Assembly (NCBI GenBank): GCA_026770705.1
Contig: JANJGN010000016.1
Span: 87,544,001-87,608,000 of the forward strand
Length of the DNA stretch: 64,000 nt
Direction: 5' to 3'
Source of the DNA: Isurus oxyrinchus
Lineage: Eukaryota
Under the pieces are notes generated by a model. That model had not been told where the DNA came from and did not search any database. It worked only from the letters and a program-made list of their open reading frames with translations. Of the stretch, positions 15,001-28,079 are shown one piece after another (the first letter of the stretch is position 1; every line of letters begins with the position of its first letter). A program made the translations under genes and the position numbers.

Positions 15001-18000
15001 GTACATCATATTTCACAATCCAGTCTGTGTACTCAGGTACATCACATTTCACAATCCAGTCTGTGTACTCAGGTACACCACACTTCACAATCCAGTCTGT
15101 GTACTCAGGTACATCACACTTCACAATCCAGTCTGTGTACTCAGGTACACCACACTTCACAATCCAGTCTGTGTACTCAGGTACATCACACTTCACAATC
15201 CAGTCTGTGTACTCAGGTACATCACACTTCACAATCCAGTCAGTGTACTCAGGTACATCACACTTCACAATCCAGTCTGTGTACTCAGGTACACCACACT
15301 TCACAATCCAGACTGTGTACTCAGGTACATCACACTTCACATTCCAGTCTCTATACTCAGGTACATCACATTTCACAATCCAGTCTGTGTACTCAGGTAC
15401 ATCACATTTCACAATCCAGTCTGTGTACTCAGGTACACCACACTTCACAATCCAGTCTGTGAACTCAGGTACATCACACTTCACAATCCAGTCTGTGTAC
15501 TCAGATACACCACACTTCACAATCCAGTCTGTGTACTCAGGTACATCACACTTCACAATCCAGTCTGTGTACTCAGGTACATCACACTTCACAATCCAGT
15601 CTGTGTACTCAGATACACCACACTTCACAATCCAGTGTGTGTACTCAGGTACATCACGCTTCACAATCCAGTCTGTGTATTCAGGTACATCACAATTCAC
15701 AATCCAGTCTGTGTACTCAGGTACATCAGACTTCACAATCCAGACTGTGTACTCAGGTACATCACACTTCACAATCCAGTCCTTGTACTCAGTTACATCA
15801 CACTTCACAATCCAGTCTGTGTACTCAGGTACATCACACTTAACAATCCAGTCTGTGTACTCAGGTACATCACACTTCACAATCCTGTCTGTGTACTCAG
15901 GTACATCACACTTCACAATCCAGTCTGTGTACTCAGGTACATCACACTTAACAATCCAGTCTGTGTACTCATGTACATCACACTTCACAATCCAGTCAGT
16001 GTACTCAGGTACATCACACTTCACAATCCAGTCTGTGTACTCAGGTACACCACACTTCACAATCCAGTCTGTGTACTCAGGTACATCACACTTCACAATC
16101 GAGTCTGTGTACTCAGGTACATCACACTTTACAATCCAGTCTGTGTACTCAGGTACATCACACTTCACAATCCAGTCTGTATACTCAGGAACACCACACT
16201 TCACAATCCAGTCTGTATACTCCGGTACACCACACTTCGCAATCCAGTCTGTGTACTCAGGTACATCACACTTTGCAATCCAGTCTGTGTACTCAGGTAC
16301 ACCACACTTCACAATCCAGTGTGTGTACTCAGGTACATCACGCTTCACAATCCATTCTGTGTATTCAGGTACATCACAATTCACAATCCAGTCTGTGTAC
16401 TCAGGTACATCACACTTCACAATCCAGTCTGTGTACTCAGGTACATCACACTTCACAATCCAGTCTGTGTACTCAAGTACATCACACTTCACAATCCAGT
16501 CTGTATACTCAGATACATCACACTCCACAGTCCAGTCTGTGTACTCAGTTACATCACATTTCACAATCCAGTCTGTGTACTCACGTACATCACACTTCAA
16601 AATCCAGTCAGTGTACTCAGGTACATCACACTTCACAATCAATTCTGTCTACTCAGTTACATCACACTTCACAATCCAGTCTGTGTACTCAGCTCATCCA
16701 CACTTGACAATCCAGTCTGTGTACTCAGGTACATCACACTTTGCAATCCAGTCTGTGTACTCAGGTACACCACACTTCACAATCCAGTGTGTGTACTCAG
16801 GTACATCACGCTTCACAATCCAGTCTGTGTATTCAGGTACATCACAATTCACAATCCAGTCTGTGTACTCAGGTACATCACACTTCACAATGCAGTCTGT
16901 GTACTCAGGTACACCACACTTCACAATCCAGTCTGTGTACTCAGGTACATCACACTTCACAATCCAGTCTGTGAACTCAGTTACATCACATTTCACAATC
17001 CAGTCTGTGTACTCATGTACATCACACTTCAAAATCCAGTCTGTGTACTCAGGTACATCACACTTCACAATCCAGTCTGTATACTCCGGTACACCACACT
17101 TCGCAATCCAGTCTGTGTACTCAGGTACATCACACTTTGCAATCCAGTCTGTGTACTCAGGTACACCACACTTCACAATCCAGTGTGTGTACTCAGGTAC
17201 ATCACGCTTCACAATCCATTCTGTGTATTCAGGTACATCACAATTCACAATCCAGTCTGTGTACTCAGGTACATCACACTTCACAATCCAGTCTGTGTAC
17301 TCAGGTACATCACACTTCACAATCCAGTCTGTGTACTCAAGTACATCACACTTCACAATCCAGTCTGTATACTCAGATACATCACACTCCACAGTCCAGT
17401 CTGTGTACTCAGTTACATCACATTTCACAATCCAGTCTGTGTACTCACGTACATCACACTTCAAAATCCAGTCAGTGTACTCAGGTACATCAGACTTCAC
17501 AATCAATTCTGTCTACTCAGTTACATCACACTTCACAATCCAGTCTGTGTACTCAGGTCATCCACACTTGACAATCCAGTCTGTGTACTCAGGTACATCA
17601 CACTTTGCAATCCAGTCTGTGTACTCAGGTACACCACACTTCACAATCCAGTGTGTGTACTCAGGTACATCACGCTTCACAATCCAGTCTGTGTATTCAG
17701 GTACATCACAATTCACAATCCAGTCTGTGTACTCAGGTACATCACACTTCACAATGCAGTCTGTGTACTCAGGTACACCACACTTCACAATCCAGTCTGT
17801 GTACTCAGGTACATCACACTTCACAATCCAGTCTGTGAACTCAGTTACATCACATTTCACAATCCAGTCTGTGTACTCATGTACATCACACTTCAAAATC
17901 CAGTCTGTGTACTCAGGTACATCACACTTCACAATCAATTCTGTCTACTCAGTTACATCACACCTCACAATCCAGTCTGTGTACTCAGGTTCATCACACT

Positions 18001-21000
18001 TCACAATCCAGTCTGTGTACTCAGGTACATCACACTTCACAATCCAGTCTGTGTACTCAGGTACATCACACTTCACAATCCATTCTGTGTACTCAGGTAT
18101 ATTACACTTCACAATCCTGTCTGTGTACTCAGGTATATTACACTTCACAATCCAGTCTGTGTACTCAGGTACATCACACTTAACAATCCTGTCTGTGTAC
18201 TCAGGTACATCACACTACACAATCCAGTCTGTGTACTCAGGTACATCACACTTCACAATTGAATCTGTGTACTCAGGTACATCAAACTTCACAATTCAGT
18301 CTGTGTACTCAGGTACATCACACTTCACAATCCAGTCTGTGTACTCAGGTACATCACACTTCACAATCCAGTCTGTGTACTCAGGTACATCACATTTCAC
18401 AATCCAGTCTGTGTACTCAGGTACATCACCCTTCACAATTCAGTCTGTGTACTCAGGTACATCACACTTCACAATCCAGTCTGTGTACTCAGGTACATCA
18501 CACTTCACAATCCAGTGTTTGTACTCAGGTACATCACATTTCACAATCCAGTCTGTGTACTCAGGTACATCACATTTCACAATCCAGTCTGTGTACTCAG
18601 GTACACCACACTTCACAATCCAGTCTGTGTACTCAGGTACATCACACTTCACAATCCAGTCTGTGTACTCAGGTACATCACACTTCACAATCCAGTCTGT
18701 GTATTCAGGTACATCACAATTCACAATCCAGTCTGTGTACTCTGGTACATCAGACTTCACAATCCAGACTGTGTACTCAGGTACATCACACTTCACAATC
18801 CAGTCTGTGTACTCAGGTACATCACACTTCACAATCCAGTCTGTGTACTCAGGTACATCACACTTCACAATCCAGTCTGTGTACTCAGGTACATCACACT
18901 TCACAATCCAGTCTGTGTACTCAGGTACATCACACTTCACAATCCAGTCTGTGTACTCACGTACTTCACACTTCAAAATCCAGTCTGTGTACTCAGGTAC
19001 ATCACACTTCACAATCAATTCTGTCTACTCAGTTACATCACACTTCACAATCCAGTCTGTGTACTCAGGTCATCCACACTTGACAATCCAGTCTTGTACT
19101 CAGGTACATCACACTTTGCAATCCAGTCTGTGTACTCAGGTACACCACACTTCACAATCCAGTGTGTGTACTCAGGTACATCACGCTTCACAACCCAGTC
19201 TGTGTATTCAGGTACATCACAATTCACAATCCAGTCTGTGTACTCAGATACATCACCCTTCACAATGCAGTCTGTGTACTCAGGTACACCACACTTCACA
19301 ATCCAGTCTGTGTACTCAGGTACATCACACTTCACAATCCAGTCTGTGAACTCAGTTACATCACATTTCACAATCCAGTCTGTGTACTCATGTACATCAC
19401 ACTTCAAAATCCAGTCTGTGTACTCAGGTACATCACACTTCACAATCAATTCTGTCTACTCAGTTACATCACACTTCACAATCCAGTCTGTGTACTCAGG
19501 TTCATCACACTTCACAATCCAGTCTGTGTACTCAGGTACATCACACTTCACAATCCAGTCTGTGTACTCAGGTACATCACACTTCACAATCCATTCTGTG
19601 TACTCAGGTATATTACACTTCACAATCCTGTCTGTGTACTCAGGTATATTACACTTCACAATCCAGTCTGTGTACTCAGGTTCATCACACTTAACAATCC
19701 TGTCTGTGTACTCAGGTACATCACACTACACAATCCAGTCTGTGTACTCAGGTACATCACACTTCACAATTGAATCTGTGTACTCAGGTACATCAAACTT
19801 CACAATTCAGTCTGTGTACTCAGGTACATCACACTTCACAATCCAGTCTGTGTACTCAGGTACATCACACTTCACAATCCAGTCTGTGTACTCAGGTACA
19901 TCACATTTCACAATCCAGTCTGTGTACTCAGGTACATCACCCTTCACAATTCAGTCTGTGTACTCAGGTACATCACACTTCACAATCCAGTCTGTGTACT
20001 CAGGTACATCACACTTCACAATCCAGTGTCTGTACTCAGGTACATCACATTTCACAATCCAGTCTGTGTACTCAGGTACATCACATTTCACAATCCAGTC
20101 TGTGTACTCAGGTACACCACACTTCACAATCCAGTCTGTGTACTCAGGTACATCACACTTCACAATCCAGTCTGTGTACTCAGGTACATCACACTTCACA
20201 ATCCAGTCTGTGTATTCAGGTACATCACAATTCACAATCCAGTCTGTGTACTCTGGTACATCAGACTTCACAATCCAGACTGTGTACTCAGGTACATCAC
20301 ACTTCACAATCCAGTCTGTGTACTCAGGTACATCACACTTCACAATCCAGTCTGTGTACTCAGGTACATCACACTTCACAATCCAGTCTGTGTACTCAGG
20401 TACATCACACTTCACAATCCAGTCTGTGTACTCAGGTACATCACACTTCACAATCCAGTCTGTGATCTCAGGTACATCACACTTAACAATCCAGTCTGTG
20501 TACTCAGGTACATCACACTTCACAATCCAGTCTGTGTACTCAGGTACATCACACTTCACAATCCAGTCTGTGTACTCAGGTACATCACACTTCACAATCC
20601 AGTGTCTGTACTCAGGTACATCACACTTCACAATCCAGTCAGTGTACTCAGGTACATCACACTTCACAATCCAGTCTGTACTCAGGTACACCACACTTCA
20701 CAATCCAGTCTGTGTACTCAGGTACATCACACTTCACAATCCAGTCAGTGTACTCAGGTACATCACACTTCACAATCCAGTCTGTGTACTCAGGTACATC
20801 ACACTTCACAATCCAGTCTGTGTACTCAGGAACACCACACTTCACAATCCAGTCTGTGTACTCAGGTACACCACACTTCGCAATCCAGTCTGTGTACTCA
20901 GGTACACCACACTTCACAATCCAGTCTGTGAACTCAGGTACATCACACTTCACAATCCAGTCTGTGTACTCAGGTACACCACATTTCACAATCCAGTCTG

Positions 21001-21154
21001 TGTACTCAGGTACATCACACTTCTCAATCCAGTCTGTGTACTCAGGTACATCACACTTCACAGTCCAGTCTGTGTACTCAGGTACATCACATTTCACAAT
21101 CCAGTCTGTGTACTCAGGTACATCACACTTCACAATCCAGTCTGTGTACTCAGG
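1..21154 (+). repeat. 36-bp tandem satellite array (consensus CACTTCACAATCCAGTCTGTGTACTCAGGTACATCA), ~585-590 units, runs off the left edge
   Basis: Head-to-tail 36-bp periodicity with no spacers. Register shifts seen only at ~12687 (-4), ~19094 (-1) and ~20677 (-2). Array ends at ...TCAGGTGCACC (~21155). Confidence 0.99.
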
Positions 21155-21725
21155 TGCACCACCGCCGTCCTCACACTGATCTGAAGCTCCAGTTCCGGTT
21201 CCTCGAAGGGCCAGAGTTTTGTGAGCACCTCATTCGTGAATCACAGCCCCTATATGCACTGCTCCTGCCTTAGATGTTGGTGAATATTGCTACTGGAAGA
21301 TTCTGTGTGGATTCTGCCTCCTGCTGAGTTCCCGTCTCACCCTCCTCGGTACAATGGTCTGGGAACATGTGGTGTACCCTGAGACCTTGCAGCTAAAAAC
21401 AATGTCTTCCCCACATTCAGCATCTCTTCCTGTATCTTCACCAACTTGAAACAACTCCTCCAAACACCCAGTCCTTCCACAAACTCAATCAGAACCAGGA
21501 GAAAGTCAGCAGGAACTCAGCTGCAGGTTGTTGTTGGTCCCTTTAAATCTCACTGGTCTCTGGATCCCTCACACTGCTGAACCTGTACCAAATCTGCTTT
21601 ACAATCTGACTGAGCTCACCATCTGCTGACTCTGTATCCTTCCGGAACACGCCTGTAACACGCGTGTTAATGCCCCTTCACCACGCTGGGGTCCACTGTG
21701 GCCCAGACTGGAAGTGGGAAGAAAC

Positions 21726-22153
21726 CTGCAGCCGCCATTTTGTTTCCATCGGGTTCCTGTCGTGTCGAAATTCCCCGGGTTATGGAGGCAAAATTTGTGG
21801 TCATCGTATTCACTGAACGTATAATCTTGTTTTATAGATTTTAATGTCATCACTTGGTCGGGTTTAGCTGATAGGAGGATTCACTGAACTGTTTCTGGGT
21901 AAACTTACCCCTGCCGCTTCTCCTTGTGCGGTGATCGTCTCTTTGTGATTTTTTTCTCCTGTTCCAGTCGCCTCTCTCAGCAGCTGCTCTGTCACGTTTC
22001 AGTTTAAACCCTGAGGGTGTCTCCCATACTCTCCTCTCTCTCTCTCTCTCTCTCGAATATCTGAACCTGTTTATATCCCTTTGCAGTCTCTTTGTATCCT
22101 CCTCACAGCTTACTTTCCCAACCAGCTTTTTATTGTCAGTAGCCCTGACTGTG
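21726..22153 (-). repeat. Left arm of a ~420-bp inverted duplication (CpG/YY1-motif segment, GA microsatellite and CR1 scrap)
   Basis: Reverse complement of 37812-38236, e.g. CTGCAGCCGCCATTTTGTTTCC here vs GGAAACAAAATGGCGGCTGCAG there, with a shared TTTAAACCCTGAGGGTGTCTCCCATACTCTCC block. Confidence 0.93.
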
Positions 22154-22339
22154 GGTGGAATTTTCTGTGCCGTGAGTGAACAATATGGCGAGAAGGCCAG
22201 AAATAGGCTTCACCCCACCTTGAAACCAATTTGCGATCGTTCGCTCAGCTGGTCAGTGGCGGGCTGCGTCTCCCACCATCGGACGTTGGGAGCCTCATTG
22301 TAACATATCTGCTATCAGAATAAGGCCAGCCCACCGGAA

Positions 22340-22650
22340 TCATCCCACTCGCCCTCCCCCCCCGCACCCCACCCACACCCCCCCCGGGCTGGATCGTCCA
22401 CCCCCCAAGGCGTGATTGCGAGTTTGTGTAGCTGGAGGGGGTGGGGCCGTGGGGCGGGGCTTGGGCTAGAGGGGGTGGGGCTGGGGCCAGAGGGGAGGGG
22501 CCAGAGGGGGTGGGGCCTGTGGACAGGGGGCGGAACCTGGTGTGGTGTGGGGGCGGGTCCTGGGGTCGGGGCCTGCGGACGGGGGAGTGCGGGGCGGAAC
22601 CTGGGGTGGGGTGGGGGCGGGGCCTGGGGGCGGGGCCGGATCTGAGGGGC
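22340..22650. repeat. GC-rich low-complexity tract (GGGGCGGGG/GGGGTGGGG runs)
   Basis: A C-run block followed by dense G runs; Pro/Gly-rich spurious ORFs. Confidence 0.7.
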
Positions 22651-22668
22651 AGCCACTTGCAGTGTTTC

Positions 22669-23403
22669 GAGTCATAGAGGTTTACAGCACAGATAAAGGC
22701 CCTTTGGCCCATCGAGTCTGCGCCAGTCAAACAAGTTGCTAACTTTTCTAATCCCATTTTCCAGCATTCGGCCCATAGCCTTGTCTGTGATGGCATCGCA
22801 AGTGTACATTCAAATACTTCTTAAATGTTATGAGGGTTTCTGCCTCTAACAGGCAGTGAGTTCCACATTCCCACCACCTTCTGGGTGAAAAAATTCTTCC
22901 TCACATCCCCTCTAAACCTCCTGCCCCTTACCTGAAATTTATGGCCCCTTGTTATTGATCCCTCCACCAAGGGTAAAGTTCCTTCCTGTCTATCCTATCT
23001 ATGCCCCTCATAATGTTATACACCTCAATCATGTCCCCACTCAATCTCCTCTGCTCCAGGGAAAATAACCCCAGTCAATCCAATCTCTCCTCATAACTAA
23101 AACTCTCCAGCCCAGGCAACATCCTGGTAAATCTCCTCTGCACTCTCTCTAGTGCGATCACATCCTTCCTATAATGCAGGTTCCAGAACTGCACGCAATA
23201 CTCTAGCTGTGGCCTAACCAGGGTTTTATACAGTTCCAGCAAAACCTCCCTGCACTTATATTCTATGCCTCGGCTAATAAAGGCAAGTATCCCACATGTC
23301 TTCTTACCCACCTTATCTACCTGTCCCGCTACCTTAAGGGACGAGTGGACATGCACACCCAGGTCCCTCTGATCCTCGGTGCTACCAGGGTCCTACCGTT
23401 CAT
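22669..23403 (-). mobile_element. CR1-clade LINE 3' fragment
   Basis: Minus ORF 23075-23356 contains LELYKTLVRPQLEYCVQFW...LERVQRRFTRMLPGL, the typical CR1 ORF2 C-terminus; 3' tail near 22670. Confidence 0.9.
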
Positions 23404-23724
23404 CAGCTTTTCCCACACAATCAGAGAATCACACAGCACTGAAGGAGGCCATTCAGCCCCTCGGGTCTGTTCTAGCTCTTTGAAAGAGTGATCCAATTAG
23501 ATCCACTGCCCTGCTCTTTCCCCATTGGCCTGTAATTTCTCCCTTTGAGTTTTTCTCCAATTGCCTTTTGCAAGTTATTCTTGAATCAGCTTCCAACGCC
23601 CTTCCAGACAGTGAGTTCCAGATCAGGACAATGTTAATGACATTCAATCTGTGACCTCTCCAGTCACTGGAAACAGTTTCTCCCGATTTACTTTATTAAA
23701 ATTCCTCATAATTTAGACAATTTG

Positions 23725-24400
23725 TATCCTGGGATGGGAAATGAGGTACAGTAAAGTGAGGGAGTCTGGGAGACAAACACAGGAAGACATTAATAAACTT
23801 GCAGAATGGGCACTGAATTGGGGAATAACTTTCAACATTGAGAAGACAGAAGCTTTACGTTTGGCTCGGAAGATTAGGGAGGAGACCAACTCCTTGAAAA
23901 TAAGTCTCTAAATGTGTTTGAGAAACAGAGGGATCTGAGAGTACAGACACATAAATCCCTAAGAGCTGTGAGACAGGTTAGTCAAGTCACAAAAGAATCA
24001 TATCAAGCACTCGGGTCTATTTCTAAAGGGATAGAATTGAAACACAGAGGGTTTATGTGAAACTGGTATAGAATCTTGGTTAGACCACACTTGACGCACT
24101 GTTTCTGGTCTCCATATTAAGAAAAAGATACAGTGACACTGGAGAAGGTAGAAAAGTGAGTGACACAGTGAGGATAGAGTCATCAGTCTGGGGTCCTCTT
24201 CTCTGGGAATGAAATGACTGAGAGGGGAGATGACTGATGTCTTTAAGGTGATGAAGGGATTTGATAGGGTGATGTACAGAAGATGCTTCCAATTGTGGGT
24301 GGGACCTAAACTACCAGGCGTGAATAAAAGATAAACACCAAAAATCTAATTGGGAATTCAGGAGAAATATTGTCACTTAGAGAGTGGTTAGAACGTGGAA
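23725..24400 (+). mobile_element. Degraded CR1 LINE fragment
   Basis: Decayed LVRPHL..C..FWSP motif (24076-24115) and RVVRTWNSL motif (~24381-24407). Confidence 0.7.
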
Positions 24401-24432
24401 CTCACTGTCACTGATAAACAAGAGATAGTATG

Positions 24433-25519
24433 TGTTATAGAGTTGATCATCAGGCAACTTTTCTTGGTGGAAACATTTGACTTTATTTACAAGAGGACAG
24501 CAGCAACTATACATCTGCATCAAGCTCCATTACTACAGAAGTACTCTCTCTCTCTCTCTGTGTGGAGGTTGCCTGCACTGCTCACACATTGGTTTACACA
24601 GTTCATGTGATCTTACAGTACATGGTTATTCTTAAAGCTACAGTCCAACATTTCCCAAAACTATAACCACGACATTCCTCCCCCTTTAACTTTTCTGTAC
24701 ATTTTGTATTTACAAGGACATTTATCTCATGACATTACAATATTTACACAGGTCAGGAAATTACAAGTTCGGCCTTTCAGGTGGTTTCCTGATCCGTGTG
24801 GAACATCAGAGCTCCACGCCTTCAGATTCTTTTGCAGGAACCACGTCCTCTGGAACCGCATTAATATCAGGCACCTCATTAGACACATGCCGTTCAGTGT
24901 CTCCCACTCCGACAGAGACATCGGCCATGTCTGCCCTAGGTTGAGCAAATTCAACAGGAACCAGTGGTTCGGTAATGACTATCGGTGGAACAATGTCCTA
25001 TCGTTTTATTTCTCCTATTACAGTGGTAAATTGCAGGTTTTTTCTCCTACAAGTACTCAGGAGGATCGCTCTCCTCTTCTCTTCCTCTCTGATTTTGTTT
25101 GCTTGAAAGAAGAACTCAAGACATTATATATATTGTGACCAATCATCAGTGGCTGGCTCAAAGGGATCGATTCTGAAAAACTGGCATTTTGAATGCATAT
25201 ACCTGCTGTTATTTCGAACAAACATAGAGATTCACAATCGCTGGGTGAGGTACAGAACCAATTCTGATTTATCCTCATCGCCAGTTTGTTATAGAGTTGA
25301 TCTTCAGGCAACTTTCCTTCGTGGAAACATTTGACTTTGCTTACGGGACAGAGCAGCAGCAAATACCTGTGAGCATCCAACAGCACGACGACAGAAGTAC
25401 TCTCTCTGTACACGTTCCCGTGCTGCTAGCACACTGGTTTAGAGAGATCAGGTGATCTTATAGCATGGGATTATTCTTATAGCTGCAGTCCAACAGTCAC
25501 CAAATTTATCATCACCAAA
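24433..25519 (-). mobile_element. Internally deleted non-autonomous Gypsy-type LTR element (~1.09 kb) with two LTRs, PBS and PPT
   Basis: Direct repeats 24433-24674 and 25287-~25519 both begin TGTTATAGAGTTGATC. PPT (plus-strand TTCCTCCCCCTTT) at 24675-24687. PBS TGGCGATGAGGAT on minus at 25271-25283. Internal pol C-terminal remnant RKPPERPNL*. Flanks GTATG/GCATG. Confidence 0.85.
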
Positions 25520-25799
25520 GCATGAGTGTAAATTCACAGCTTTTATTACTGTTTATTTGGATGGAAAAAAATGCAAAACAAAGTTAATTATTGTTTAGTC
25601 AATCCTGTCTGTTTTTAATTGTACAATATTTAAGAACAACTCACTCCCTGGAGAGCTCATGTAAATACTGAGCCCCTCCTGGAGCCTAATGTTATGGGAG
25701 GGAAACAAAGGAAATTCAGAACGAGTGGTTCGAGAGAGAAACTCGGCAGCTTTAATTCAGAGGGGCATGATCTCACAATATTGTTAGGTGCTGAACACA

Positions 25800-27860
25800 A
25801 AAATACTGCTCCCTGCTCCCTCCAACACTGCCACATCGCTACTCTATCCAACTCTACCAGCTCCCTGCACACTGCAATAATGCCAACTCCCTGTTCCCTC
25901 CAAAACTACCAGCTCCTTTCACCCTCCAAGAATGCCAACTCCCTTTTCCAAAACTACCAGCTCCCTTTACCCTCCAAAAATGCCAACTCCCTGTTCCCTC
26001 CAGCACTACCAACCCAATGCAGTCTCCAATAATGACAGCTCCCTGCTCTCCCCAATACCGTCAGCTCCCTGCTCCCTCCACAACTGCCTCCTTACTCCTC
26101 CCTCTAATACTGCCGACTCTCTAGCCACTCCAATACTGACACTTCCCTGCTTACTCCAATACTGCCAGCTCGCTGCCCCTCCAATAATGCCAGTTCCGTG
26201 CTCCTCCAATAATGCCAGTTTCCTACTCCCTCCAATACTGCCAGCTCCCTGACCCTCCAATAATGCCAGTTCTGTGCCCCTCCAATAATACCAGCTTCCT
26301 ACTCTCTCCAATACTGCCATCTCCCTGACCCTCCAATAATGCCAGTTCCATGCCCCTCCAATAATGCCAGTTCCCCATTACCTCCAATAGGGCCACCTCC
26401 CAGCTCTCTCCAATACTGCCAGCTCCTATCTCAATATAATCCTGCCAGCTCCCTGTTCCCTCCAATAATGCCAGCTCCCTGCTCCCTCCAATATTGCTAG
26501 CTCACTGCTCCCTCCAATAATGCCAGCTCCCTCCTCCCTCCAATACTGCCAGCTCCCTGCTCCCTCCAATAGTGCCAGCTGCCTGCTCCCTCCAATATTG
26601 CTAGCTCACTGCTCCCTCCAATACTGCCAGCTCCCTCCTCCCTCCAATACTGCCAGCTCCCTGCTCCCTCCAATACTGCCAGCTCCCTGCTCCCTCCAAT
26701 ATTGCTAGCTCACTGCTCCCTCCAATACTGCCAGCTCCCTGCTACCTCCAATACTGCCAGCTCGCTGCTACCTCCAATTCCGCCAACTACATAATCCCTC
26801 CAATACTGCCAGTTCCTTAGATACAACAATAAAGCAAGTTCCTGCTCCCTCCAATGCTGTCATCCCCCTGCTATCTCCAATAATGCCAGGACACAGTTCT
26901 CTCCAATACTACCATCTCCCTGCTGTCACCAATACTGCCAGCTCCATGCTGTCTCTAATACTGCCAGCTCCCTGCTCTCACCAATAATGCCAGCTCCCTG
27001 CTCTCTCTAATATTGCCAGCTCCCTGCTCCCTCATACACTGCCAGATCCATGCACCCATCAATACACCTGTCTACCTGTTCCCTCCAATGCAGTCAGCTC
27101 CCAGCACTCTCCAATAATGCCAGCTCCCTGCACCTTCAATACTGCCAACTGCCCGCTCCCTCTAATACTGCCACATCGCTACTCTCTCTGACAATTCTAG
27201 CTCCCTTCGCACTCCAATACTGCCAGATCGCTACTCTCTCCAAGAATGCCAGCACCCCGCTCCTTCCAATACTGCCATCTCCCTGCTGTTTCCAATACTG
27301 CCAGGTCCCTGTTCTCTCCAATAATGCCAGCTCCTTGTTCCCTCAAACACTACCAGCTCCCTGTGGCCTCCAATAATGCATGCTCCCCGCTCTTTCCAAT
27401 ACTGTCAGCATTCAGTACCCTCCAATACTGCCATCTCCCTGCTCTCTCGAATACTGCCAGCTCCCAGCTTCCGCCAATACTGCCAGCTACCTGCTCCCTC
27501 CAAACTACCACCTCCCTGCTCCCTCCAGTATCGCCACCTCCCAGCTCCCTCCAACACTGCCATCTCCCTGCTACCTCCAATAATGCCAGTTCCCTGCTCC
27601 CTCCAACACTGCCAGCTCCCTGCTACCTCCAATAATGCCAGTTCCCTGCTCCCTCCATTACTGCCAGCTCTCTCCTCCTTCCAATACTGCCAGCTGCTTG
27701 CTCTCTCCAATACTGCCTGCTCCCTCCAATACTGCCAGCTCCTTGATCCCTCCAACACTGCCAACCTCCCTGCTCTCTCCAATACTGCCACCTCCCTGCT
27801 TCCCCTAATACTGCCAGCTCCCTGCTCTCTCCAATACTGCCAGCTCTGCCCTCCCTCCGA
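25800..27860. repeat. 26-bp minisatellite (CCAATACTGCCAGCTCCCTGCTCCCT), degenerate at the edges
   Basis: CCAAT recurs at 26644, 26670 and 26696 (period 26). Confidence 0.95.
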
Positions 27861-28079
27861 AACTGCCCCTTTCCTGAGGTCAGAGTTTGTCCTCAATGTC
27901 CATGATATAAACCTCCCTCTGGCTGCTAAAAGGGACACCTGCACCTTTAACACTCAAACACTGATTGGAAGCGATGTTTCTGGAGATGGATATGTAACCG
28001 GCACTAACCCACTTCCACTGAAGGTGTGGAGTGTGCTGACTGGGAGGGAAGTGAGAGTTACAGGATGTCTCAGTGACCC

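Noticed and set aside
6351-19349. 4332-aa ORF and other long repeat ORFs as real proteins (e.g. zinc-finger or mucin-like)
   Set aside because: Artefact of a stop-free 36-bp unit. Overlapping ORFs occur in four frames, the frame switches at indels, and there are no unique domains or C2H2 spacing.
1-21154. CRISPR array (36-bp repeat length)
   Set aside because: Units are head-to-tail with no unique spacers, there are no cas genes, and the context is a vertebrate genome.
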